A DNA stretch of 20,000 nucleotides from Hydrurus foetidus (lineage: Eukaryota), in NCBI GenBank assembly GCA_900617105.1, contig UYFQ01000738.1:53532-73531 (forward strand). The letters run 5' to 3'. Under the pieces are notes generated by a model. That model saw only the letters and a list, made by a program, of their open reading frames with translations. It did not search any database and was not told where the DNA came from. This document shows, in pieces, positions 10,301-20,000 of the stretch (positions are counted from its first letter, which is position 1; the number at the start of each line of letters is the position of its first letter). Both the position numbers and the translations under genes were made by a program.

Positions 10301-13300
10301 CACAACACAACACAACACAACACAACACAACACAACACAAAATAAAATAAAACGGCACAGCTCGGCACAACATTGAAACACATGAGACTCACAGAACCAT
10401 CACGTACGCATGATATGTAACCGTACGTACGTACCTCATGGCGAGTTCTCTCTGACGCATGTTGCCGCTGAGGAACTGGAACTTCTTCACAAAAGCTTTA
10501 AACGACATTTTGGTGGACATGAGTTGTCTCTGCAGTTTGCCTATGAGCAGCTCGTCATCGCCCTGGCTCTCTAACTTCACACAGAACTCTCTACCATAAT
10601 GAAAGCAAGAAAGGACGGAGAGGAAATTGAGGGTAGGGTAGGGTGGGGTGGAGTAGGATAGGGCATGGATAGAGTGAGATGGTGCAGTGTGGTCATACGG
10701 CAGCACGGAAAGAATCGATTGCCGAGTGACGGACGTTACTTTTCTAATTCATGATAAAGATGATGCTGCTCCATGTTATTATGTCTTTTTTAGCATCAAA
10801 TAAAATAGGATTCGATCATATCGTAGGCACCTGAGATCGTTCAGCTCGTCAATGTGTTCTTGCTTGAAGCTGCCGATGGTCTGTGCCTGGAGGGACGCAA
10901 TCTCCGAGAGCTCTTTATACCGGACGCCTTCCCGTATAGCCGCCTCCAATTCCTTCTTCACAGCATCCAATGAAGCCTAGGTACGACGAGGTGAGGTGAG
11001 GTAAGGTAAGATAAGGTGACGTAAGGTAAGGTGAGGTAAGATAAGGTAAGCTGATGTGTAAAGTAAGGAAGGTAAGGTAAAGTAAGGTAAGGTAAATTCA
11101 GTCAAGTTAATCCTAGTTAGGTAAGGAAAGGTTGGGCAGGTAGAGAAATATAACATGGAATAGATACGGTAAGGAAAGAAAGCCACATACTCTCACTCTC
11201 CCTTTTCTCCTCCCCTCCCTCCGCTCTATCCATTCTGACTCACCCCATCCATTCCACAAACTCTCACTCCTACTCATTCCCTCCCTCTTTCCCTCCATCT
11301 CCTCTATCCCGTCTAACGGACTCACCCTAAGCAGAGCGGCCTCGTCCGCCTTGAGTCCTCCTTCGTACGCAGTGGTGATGGCGGCTGCTAGGTGCCTGCT
11401 CTCGCTCTCTCTGTTGCTCGCACTCTCTTCCCTGTGTGTGTTGGTGGGTAGGTTGAGTGAGTGCTTGAGTGAGTGCAGGGGAGGAGGGTAAGGTATCAGG
11501 AGCTGAAGAGGATAGTTTTAAAGCGAAAGTGGAAGTGAAAGAGCAAAGGGTGTCATGCTGTTGCCATCAGCACACAAACGGAATTAGTACTGTCGAAATC
11601 ACAGCTGAATAACATTGCTAATAAGATTCAAATACAGAGTGATATCAGTGGACATTTTCAAAATCACACCTTTCTTGTAGCTCCTGGACCCTGGCTCTAG
11701 ATTCCTCAGCCTCCTGCGCAGTGGCGTTTGAATGAGCTTCCAACAATTCGAATCTCCTCTTGCTGGCAGATGCCTGATGGGAGAAGAATAGAAGGAAGAC
11801 AAGGAGGAGGGAGGAGGAAGAGTTGTTGATGTTGGAGTGATGTAGGCAAATGACACTGCATGAGAAGTACTGCAGACTACGCAATACTTCTTGTCGGCAT
11901 AACTCCCAATTCACTTAATTACGTCAGACAGGGCAGTCGCATACGTACTTCGACTTCCAGTCGGCTGGCTTCCCCCCTGTAGCGCGCCATCTCGGATATC
12001 ACGGAAGAAAGTTCCGCAGAAGAGTTGGAGGAACTCAGGGCCCTGAGGGTCAAATCCCTGGTAAAGGAAATGGGTAGGGTGGGTGTAGGGTATGGGATGG
12101 GGTGTGGATTAGGGGTGGGGCACAGGTTGGGGTAGGGTACGAGTAAGGGTAGTGTAGGGGCGCAGTTAGGGGTTAGGTTGGGGGGTTTGAGTGCGCGTAG
12201 GGGTGAGGGCTAGAGCTGGATTGGGGTGCAGGATGGGGTGCGGATAAAAGTGCAAGTAGGTTCAATGGTAAATGTTGGGACAGAGCAAAGCTGCAGGGGT
12301 AGTGTTTGACTGAGCGTGTGAGTCAGTCACGGTAACTGACTGCTCGACATGTGGGAGAGATATAGTTGCCATATCACGTCACGTCATGTCATATCATGTC
12401 ATTTCATGTCATGTCATTTCATATCTACGCATGCTGCTGTGTTGTGCTGTGTTGTGAACGCTAGAATTGTAGTATTAGCACTCACTTCTGGTGCGTCATT
12501 TCCTCTTCCATCGATAGCAGTGACGCACGTGCTTGGTGCAGATCGGCTTCTAGGTGAACCGTACTGAGTCGAAGAGACCGCAACTCGTTGCCCTGAAGAG
12601 CGAGATAATATGTTTTGAAATGGGGTAGAATAAGGTGATTTAATGTGTACTACGATGGGGTGGGATAAGGTGAAATAATATGTTTTAGGATGGGATGGGA
12701 CGGGACGGGGTAAGTTGGGGCGGAATATGGTGAGGTCAAATGGGATGAGATTACATGATCAGATATTAGAAGATAGTACGTAGTAGGATAAAGTAGAGCA
12801 GGACTGTAAAAGTTGTCATACGTCAAGGAATAGCATACTGTCAGTCGGAGGAGTCCGCTCCTTCTTCCTCCGCATTATTGATGCATGCATACTACAGAGG
12901 CACACCAAGCATATGAAATACGTACGCACACATCACGTCTATTCACGACTGCACTGCATTGCACTAACGCATGCACACTCCTCTCCTATGCATCACATGC
13001 AGTGTAGTAGAGTACCGTACAGTGCAAGTACGGAACCTGTTCCAGCGATTTGAGCACATGTATTCTGGCCTCCACTTCCCTCCTAAGAGCGACCAAGTGG
13101 TCTTCACGCAGGTTCTCCAACTCGCTCTGCACGGCCTGTATGCGGGAGGAGGGAAAGGAAAGGAAAGGAGAGGTGATGTTTTTTGGATACGTGTAATAGA
13201 ATAGGGTGGGAGGGGGTAGGATAGGAGTGGGGTGGGTTGAGGTGACTCAATGTGATGCTGCGTAATGTGATGTAATGTGGTGTGACGCAATCCTGTACAG

Positions 13301-16300
13301 TGCACTATCTTCTGATGCAGTGTAGCGTAGCGTCCTACCACATCAAGGTGCTCTGCTTTGAGATGCAGCGCACTGTGTAGCTGATGTATTGCTGCAAGTT
13401 GGAGGGATGCACGTACACACCATACGAACAGACACACGTACGTACCAGGTAGTCCTCTTGTGGCACGGACAGGTCTAGTCTGCCTTGCAGGTGCCCCATC
13501 TTGTTGCCGACCGCTGCCTTGTACTGCTCGAGGTACAAAATGCGCTTCTTCAGCACGCTCTCCATCTCCACGAAGGACCTCTCGATGGTCTGTCTGCGCG
13601 TCTGCTCCCCCTTGAGCTGCTCTGTCAGGGATGTGTTCACACGGGCAGCCTTCACCTCTCGCACTTCGTGTCCTATCACTTTTCGACCTACTCGTCATAG
13701 AATGCATTATGGTGTGAGGAGGAGATGATGAGGTGTGGTAATGGTGTTGTTATGAAGGGGTGAGGGATTTATTATGCTGCATCCCACGCTGGATGATGGA
13801 TGATGTACTCACGTACGATAAAACCATTGTGACGCGTTGTGTTGCGTTGCAAAATCCGCTTGAGTTCTACTATATTAACTTGATGCTATCTACCTCCCTT
13901 CACATAACACGAATAGCAGAGTCAGTTGCCTACCCAACTTGACCAGCTCCTGTGCTGTTGCACCGCTGTCCGCTGTAGCATCCAGTATCTCCAGTGTTCT
14001 CCTCAACTGCAACTTGTTGTCGTCTCTGTCCACTACCAGGAGGTTGTTCTCTTCTTTGAGTCGACTTTCCTTGGTTTCCCACTGGGAGAGACGCAGGGAG
14101 AAGTCCTGGTACACCGCTGCCATCTGCTGCTTTATGAACACCTGGTAAAAACCCAAGGTCAGTGAGTTGGATAGCAAGGGTGAGTCATTGCGTGCAATAG
14201 GGCGGAGTGAGAGTGACATCAACAGAACTTATCAACAGCTGCAATAGTATGGTATGGTATAGTACAGTGTAGTATAATACAGTGTAGTATTGTGTAGTGC
14301 AGTATGGTATGGCATGGTTTGGTATGGTACTATTGCTGTGACGTATCTGTCACTATGAAGTAAATATTGAATTGCCACCAGTTAAAGATATCTTGTACCG
14401 TCAACATGCAGAAGACACGATACTCTGCTCACCAGATTTTCCTCCAGTGACGCTATGGTTCCCTTTTGCTCTGACAGTTCTTCTTCCCTCTCATATAGTT
14501 GCTCGAGACACTCCACTAGCTGACCATTCAACTCTTTGACCTCGAGAGCCCACTCCTCGGGGGGAAGGTTCATCTGACCCAAGTTTCTCGACAGAAGGTC
14601 CCTGCCATGGGGGGTGACCGGACCGGGCCCTCCCCCTCCCATTGACATGTACCCGTGCCCCCCTATACCTGCACCTATACTTATCCCTCCTGCACTAGGA
14701 GTCATGTTGGGGTTCCTGTAATCTCCTGGCATCAAACATGGCAAGTCCAATGAGAAGATGATGTCACTTGATTTGCAGAATGGTTTTATACGCAGAATAA
14801 AGATATCGGGATCAATGTACGGTAGGAATAGATGCATGGGTAACAGTTCCGCATGATGCTCAGATAGACAGTACCGGAGAGTATAGCACCAAATAATATC
14901 AAATGACGCAGTGTTGTGCAACACCTCATTTCTCACTTAATTCACACACCAAGACAACACGTACGTACCAGGTGTGAATAGGGGGTCTGTCTGTCCGTCC
15001 CCTCTGGGAGTGCTCAGGAAAGACTTTCTGCTTCCTGCTGGGGGTAGTCTAGGGTACCTCCCCCCACTGGCTGCAGCACTATCATACTGAGAGTTAGAGC
15101 GAGGCTGGAGGGACGAGTTACCCCTTGTCGGCCCCTGTCCCTCTCCCTGTCCTTGTACTCTGCCTTGAGGTGCCCCTTGAAAGGACTCCATCTCGCTGAA
15201 GTCGTCTAGTCTGGGAGTGACTCTGCCGGCAGCTGTGTTTCTGCTGTCAGCTAGATCCTTCATCAGAGCCTCATTGGCAGCGATCAGAGCAGCGGCTAGA
15301 CCCAGTCCCTCCTGGCCCTCCCCCCTCCCGTCCATCTTCATCTGCAAGGCGTACATCAGCTCTGCCTGCATGGATGTCATGCGGCCGTGTAGAGAATCCT
15401 TCTCATTGAGCAGCTTCTGCACGTCATTCCTCAATCCAAACAGCTCCGCCTCCTGCACCTTGCTCATGCCGGATATGGCCGGAGACACCGGAACCACTGC
15501 AGACCCTGGACCTGATTCCGGAACGGGCTGGGACTGAATGGGCCCCATGGATCCGGATCCGGATATCTCCCTCTCGTACCTCTCAATCAGCAGTTTCATC
15601 GTCCTTTCCTCTTCCTTCAGCCTTCTATTTTCTTTCAGCAATTCAGCTGATCGGTCGTTAAGAGGGAGAGACACTTTGCCCTCCCTCAGATTCGATGCGA
15701 ACTCATTCACGCTGACGAGCATTTCGCTGCTCATTCCTTGGAACTTGAACCCCTGCTCCCCTATCATGCCCGCTTGATTTTTCATTGCCTTGCGCACTCT
15801 TGTGTTCTCCAGCTCTAGTGCGCTTATCTGGGACTCCGCTTCTATCAGCTGAGACTGCAATCGTGCGTTCTCCCCGTACATCTCCTGCTCCAACTCTATC
15901 TCTGGATACATGAAGTCAGCGGGTTTGCCTGTCTCTTTCTTCAGCTTGTCGAAGGCGTGCTTCAGAGCGCCTACAGCGTCTTGAGCCGCTCCGTACTTAC
16001 CAGTCATTTGCTCCAGTCCGAGGGCCAGCAAGCGCTTGTCACCTGAAGGGAAGGAAGGAAAGACGGATGTTATTTATATGCTATGACGTGAGACACGTTC
16101 AAAAGTGACGTTCGTCAATCATCAGGCTATCTAATGCCGCTCGGGAGAAATGATAATAGCTTTTTTACAAAAGCGTCTCTCTAAAATCAGAGAGCTACGG
16201 CATGAAAGCCGCAAGCTCTCTGTACATGATTCAAAATGAAATGCAGCACAGGAGAATGCGACACATCGCAGTACCAGATTACGTTACATTGCTTAACAGC

Positions 16301-18159
16301 ATGGTACAGTGCACTACAATGCAGTGAAGTATACTACAGTGCAATACAGTGCAATGCAGTGTGTTACAGCACAGTACGGAACAGTACAGTACATCGCAGT
16401 ATCGTACAGCATCATGCAGTACATAGCATCACATCACATAAGCGTACAGTAGAACTGCAACAGTACGTGCATTTAATGGACTGGTGAATATCTGACTGTA
16501 CCATCTCAGCAAGCAGTAATCTCAGATAACCAACACAGCTAAACGAACCTTTCAGACTCCTCTGATTTCTAGCTAGTTCCTGCAAGCCATGGCCGCTCTC
16601 GTAGACTGCCTTCCAGTTCGTGAGGTCGTCCACCTCGTTGGACAGAAAGTTCTTCTCGACCTCTAGCTCTCTGTACTTAGCAGCATCCTCAGCAGTGCGT
16701 GCTGCAACAGCTGCCATTTGCATCTCCAGTGCCCTTAGCTTCTCCCTCTCTGCCACTACCTTGTTGGCAGTGCGCTGCTCTATGAAGGTGTCTTCGTCTG
16801 TCAGTTTCTCTGCAAGTAGATCTCTGTCGCTTATAGCGCCTTCTAGCTTCTGACCCATTTCCCTAAGCAGCAATAGGCTCTCCTCGTGCTCTTCCTTCAG
16901 CTCCTCTATCTCCCTCTGCTTCTCGCCCACTAGTGTTGAATCTCTGAGAGTAGTGTTCTCTGACCGCAATATCTTCAGGTCCGCTTTGTGTGCGTTAAGT
17001 TCTGACGTCATTCGGTCCAAGGTCTGCATGTGCTCTACGTGCAGCTCTTCGATGTGGTTCTGCCAAGTGCTCTCAGCTTCAGATGTTACCTTGAACATAG
17101 TCAGCAAGAGGAAGGCAAAGAAGAGGAGAGGGTTCCGTTATGTTTCATACAGCAGGGTGTTTTCGATTCATCACAATCTTCTACATAAGGCGTACAATTC
17201 ATGCACTCATCAATGGAACATAGGGCCGCATAGCAACCAATGCAAAGTACTTCTCCCACCTGCAGTTTTTCTTGTGTTTGCTCTAGATGCTGTTCGAGCT
17301 CAGCGACTCTGGACTGCAGTTCCTCTTCGTGTAGAACAGCGCTGTCCCGATGCGCCTCGATCTCGTCACGGTCATCAGCGAGCTGGGCAATAGCCTCCTC
17401 CATGGCGGACTTATCGAGCTCATGCGATTTTACTAATTCTGCTAGATCTCTCAACTGTCATACAGAACAGAACAGTAGTGAATTGATTCGGTACGATTAA
17501 CGCAACTTCACAAATATGATATCAATTATCATCCCCAAGATGTCAAATATTGTAAATCACCTCATTTTGCATTATTTCGTTCTCCTCCAGAAGTCTGCGC
17601 GTCTCTTTCACTGTGTCATCCTTCACTTTATTGGATTCTTTGCCCTGGAGTTCTGCATTCTTCGTGACACTCATTGCTTTCAGCAATTCTTTGCCAAGAT
17701 CATCAATCCTCTTGGCCTGCTCCCTCGCTCTTCCATCGGATTCCGACTTCATTGAGAGCGCATGAGCCTTGTGAGCTTCGCTGTCTGCCAATTTCTCTCT
17801 GAGGATGGATGTTTCTGCCTGCTCCCGGGAAAGTTTGTCACGGACTTTTCCGATCTCATCTTCAAGTTTCTCTAGTTCAGCAGCTAGATCAGCATCTTTA
17901 CCAGTACCTCTACGTCCTCTTTTACTCACTATTTCTCTGGTGAGATCCTTAATTTCGCCATTCAAGGCATCTATTTCTTCCTTCTGTTTCTCATTTTCCT
18001 CTGTTATATGGCCGGCATACTAGAAGTGGTGACGTATCAAACGAACGCATCTAAGTTAGACAGTCTAACGTATGACAATTTCACTGCATCGATGGTATCA
18101 TCTGGGAGGTTTACCTCTTCAAGGTCTTCCCTTGAAAAGCCCGCGAAATCTTCACTCAT
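4315..18159 (-). CDS. CEP290: Centrosomal protein of 290 kDa (CEP290/NPHP6) homolog, 20 exons, ~2780 aa coiled-coil
   Basis: Manual exon chain, all GT-AG and phase-consistent, total 8343 nt: 18159-18070 (alternative in-phase donor after 18115), 18019-17561, 17454-17260, 17089-16549, 16042-14969, 14725-14433, 14141-13934, 13687-13446, 13135-13037, 12592-12486, 12057-11949, 11773-11670, 11431-11326, 10976-10831, 10590-10435, 10028-7399, 7203-6686, 6423-6281, 5809-5702, 5329-4315. Motifs recognisable from CEP290, in collinear order: YESGHGL, QLVECLEQLYEREEEL, KQQMAAVYQDF...WETKE, RKVIGHEVRE, EMESVLKKRILYLEQYK, SQGDDELLIGKLQRQL, KWETDKKLQKRI, and C-terminal LRQELSAFDLDFFEEIENLKY. The start codon is uncertain. 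Confidence 0.92.
5571..5690. repeat. Degenerate pentamer repeat (NNATC)n in CEP290 intron 19
   Basis: ttatc gcgtc acatc ttatc gcgtc acatc caatc ccatc taatc taatc ...; the 5-nt register is maintained. Confidence 0.8.
5836..5990. repeat. Pentamer repeats (GGTCA)n(GGACA)n grading into (TGTCA)n in CEP290 intron 18
   Basis: ggtcaggtcaggtcaggtcaggacaggacaggac ... tgtcatgtcatgtcatgtca. Confidence 0.8.
6130..6250. repeat. Pentamer microsatellite (ACTGC/ACTAC)n in CEP290 intron 18
   Basis: actgcactgcactgcactgcactacactacactgc... more than 20 units. Confidence 0.9.
7021..7080 (-). repeat. 30-nt in-frame tandem duplication in CEP290 exon 17
   Basis: catctcccttcttccctccccctcgctctc / catctcccttcctccctccccctcgctctg (2 mismatches); encodes ERGGGRKGDG ERGGGKKGDG. 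Confidence 0.85.
10259..10372. repeat. Pentamer microsatellite (CACAA/CACAT)n in CEP290 intron 15
   Basis: cacaacacaacacaacacatcacatcacat...cacaa aataaaataa. Confidence 0.92.
10986..11130. repeat. Pentamer microsatellite (GGTAA/GGTGA)n in CEP290 intron 13
   Basis: ggtgaggtgaggtaaggtaagataaggtgacgtaaggtaaggtga... Confidence 0.9.
12071..12245 (+). repeat. G-rich degenerate hexamer-like tract in CEP290 intron 10
   Basis: gggtagggtgggtgtagggtatgggatggggtgtggattaggggtgggg...gttaggggttaggttgggggg; many GGG runs. Confidence 0.75.
12366..12455. repeat. Pentamer repeat (TGTCA/TATCA/TTTCA)n in CEP290 intron 10
   Basis: tatcacgtcacgtcatgtcatatcatgtcatttcatgtcatgtcatttca. Confidence 0.8.
12605..12800. 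repeat. Degenerate pentamer tract (GGGAT/GGGAC and variants) in CEP290 intron 9
   Basis: aggatgggatgggacgggacggggtaagttggggcggaat... Confidence 0.65.
14245..14330. repeat. Pentamer repeat (GTATG/GTGTA)n in CEP290 intron 6
   Basis: tagtatggtatggtatagtacagtgtagtataatacagtgtagtattgtgtagtgcagtatggtatggcatgg. Confidence 0.85.
16231..16445. repeat. Degenerate pentamer tract (ACAGT/GCAGT/GCAAT) in CEP290 intron 4
   Basis: acagtgcactacaatgcagtgaagtatactacagtgcaatacagtgcaatgcagt...acagtacagtacatc. Confidence 0.8.
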
Positions 18160-18631
18160 CTCTTTAAGACCGAAAAGTTTCTCACTCGGCGGTTCGTTTA
18201 ATGCAAGCGACAGTTGCGCCTCAGATTGTTTTTTTCATCTGCGCCGATAAATCTCGAGGCACCGGATTGATCACTCATCATCGCTCTTTTCTACGGAGAC
18301 ATCTGAAGCTAAAGCTGAACGAAGTAGCAGATAGCTTTAGTTCACAGATAGCGGAGGTGTGATCTACCCACAGTTACAATGCATGTACATACTGTACGTG
18401 CAGCAATTTTTGAAAACAAATAGTTATTTGAAAATTGGACGGAATAATTTGACGGTGACCGTATCTTCCGGTATTCCCTGGATCTTGGATTTTGTTGGAT
18501 CTTCTGTCAGCGGGTACAGTACTTGTTGCTTGCTCCTTTGCTTCTTGCTTGGTACGGTAATAAATAATAAACTTTGTGAGGCGAGGCGACTTCATCGAAC
18601 CCGCGGCAGTCATAAGTATCTATTGTTGGAT
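18160..18631. promoter_or_regulatory. Probable bidirectional promoter / 5' leaders between divergent CEP290 and phosphoserine phosphatase genes
   Basis: 472 bp between head-to-head starts; contains a minus-strand uORF at 18281-18198. Inferred from gene arrangement. Confidence 0.45.
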
Positions 18632-19810
18632 ATGAAGACTATAACGAAGGCACTGATCTGCAGAGGGTTCGGCCGATCTTGTTTGGTACAGTTAAATCCT
18701 TCTCATTGTGATCATCGACTTTTTCTTGATTTTTCGACGTTCCAGCTCATGTTAATCGCAAATAATACATAAACTAGGTCTCTCAGTCTTGGCGTCGATG
18801 CACATCAACTGAGATACACACTGGCTTGATAGATGCGAAAATGAAATTGATCCAAGCGAATGCAGTGTGTTTCGACGTAGATAGCACAGTCATCACTGAA
18901 GAAGGAATAGATGTTCTAGCAGAATTTAATGGTGCTGGTGCTGCAGTCGCTGAGTGGACAAGAAAGTTAGTTATTTTCATTAATTTCTAGAACGGTGATT
19001 TTTTCGTCAGTAAAATATGAACGCTCCAACATCTTATCAGGGCAATGGGTGGGCAAGTTCTTTTTCAGGATGCTCTATCAGCAAGATTAGAACTGATAAA
19101 ACCCTCAAAGGCAGATATTGAAGCTTGTCTGAAGAAGCATCCTCTGAAGCTGACAGAAGGTGTGAGAAAAGTTGTGGAAATTCTGCATTCGAGGGGAACT
19201 CCTGTTTACTTGGTATCTGGGGGTTTCAGACAGGTCAGATATGATGTAACAAGAAGTATAGAATCTCACGAAATTATTCGATCCAATTTATTGTTGCTGC
19301 AGCTTATCTTTCATATATCGCTATTCTAGATGATAAATCCAGTTGCAGAGACACTTAAAATTCCTCTGCATAGAGTATATGCCAATAACCTGGTGTTTAA
19401 AGAGGATGGCACATTTCTCGGTTTTGATGAATCTGAGCCTACGAGCAGAGATGGGGGCAAACCTGCCGTGATTCAGAGCTTAAAGGATGCTCACGGATAT
19501 GAGACAGTGGTGATGGTTGGGGACGGAGCTACGGACATGCAGGCTAGACCGCCTGCAGACGCGTTTATCGGATTCGGAGGAATTGTCGTGAGGGACTCAG
19601 TGAAAGCTGGTGCTGACTGGTTCGTCACTGATTTCCAGGTACAAACATGTGTTCATATGCGATCCTCCCCTGCACACTTTACTCCTGTCAACACGTATGA
19701 CGTGTTGCTTTGAGAGATGACGTACAGTAATAACTCACTATTTAATCTCGTGCCATTACTTTTCCTAGGAAATGATCGATTTACTTGGACCTACCGCTCC
19801 ACAGCAGTAA
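18632..19810 (+). CDS. PSPH: Phosphoserine phosphatase (HAD superfamily, PSPH/SerB), 5 exons, ~261 aa, with putative mitochondrial presequence
   Basis: Exons 18632-18685, 18778-18965, 19041-19233, 19330-19638, 19769-19810; GT-AG, phases consistent. HAD motif I CFDVDST, EEGIDVLA, TRKAMGG, motif II LVSGGF, YANNL, motif III K (GGKP), motif IV VGDGATD, plus FIGFGG. Exon 1 is less certain; there is an alternative in-frame ATG at 18841. Confidence 0.95.
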
Positions 19811-20000
19811 GCTTAGAAACTTCTTGTTGAGGCTGTTAATTTCTGCATGCCTTAAATAGTGCTGTATCTGCGAATTCAACTTCTTTTCTTCCACCTCATC
19901 CTACATCTGAAATGCTGATAATTGAGTGACAGCGGTGGATCCTGATGCATAGATTCCTCCAATATATCCACACGAAACACAGCGGAAGGCCCAAGTCAAT

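Noticed and set aside
12846..12872. Small hairpin ggaggag-tccg-ctccttc in intron 9
   Set aside because: A 7-bp stem in purine/pyrimidine-biased DNA is expected by chance, and there is no other support.
5571..16445. Repeat tracts as CRISPR arrays or transposon termini
   Set aside because: No constant repeat with unique spacers, no terminal inverted repeats, no transposase or reverse transcriptase; they are simple tandem repeats.
4271..18250. Numerous plus-strand Ser/Leu/Phe-rich ORFs and repeat-derived ORFs (e.g. 9393-10115, 7779-8267, 5872-6291)
   Set aside because: These are antisense shadows of Glu/Lys/Arg-rich CEP290 exons or translations of pentamer microsatellites.
18215..18286. Box C/D snoRNA-like ATGATGA...CTGA on the minus strand
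   Set aside because: Weak terminal stem, no recognisable rRNA-complementary guide or D'/C' boxes. It is better explained by the uORF start ATG-ATG-AGT.
18359..18772. 137-aa plus-strand ORF and minus-strand ORF 18374-18613
   Set aside because: Only 18632-18685 is supported, as PSP exon 1. The rest is promoter or intron read-through with no motif.

Overview
Eukaryotic, intron-rich nuclear DNA in the standard genetic code with GT-AG introns. It is probably from a flagellated protist such as a stramenopile; that assignment is an inference from gene content and splice style. I reconstructed four genes by hand, arranged as two divergent pairs: (1) RPL37A/eL43, minus strand, 4 exons, missed entirely by the ORF track; (2) an intronless C2HC-zinc-finger + 6-blade Kelch protein, plus strand; (3) a 20-exon, ~2780-aa CEP290 ciliary transition-zone protein, minus strand; (4) a 5-exon phosphoserine phosphatase, plus strand, with a separately encoded mitochondrial-type presequence. 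I found no mobile element, CRISPR array or convincing RNA gene, and cannot demonstrate a new biological system here. The most notable signals are period-5 degenerate repeats filling many CEP290 introns, an in-phase A-AAA-AAC slippery site that would join a uORF to the CEP290 frame (or an assembly homopolymer error), a stop-free 3n intron, the probable mitochondrial PSP, and the ZnF-Kelch fusion with a telomere-like repeat tail.
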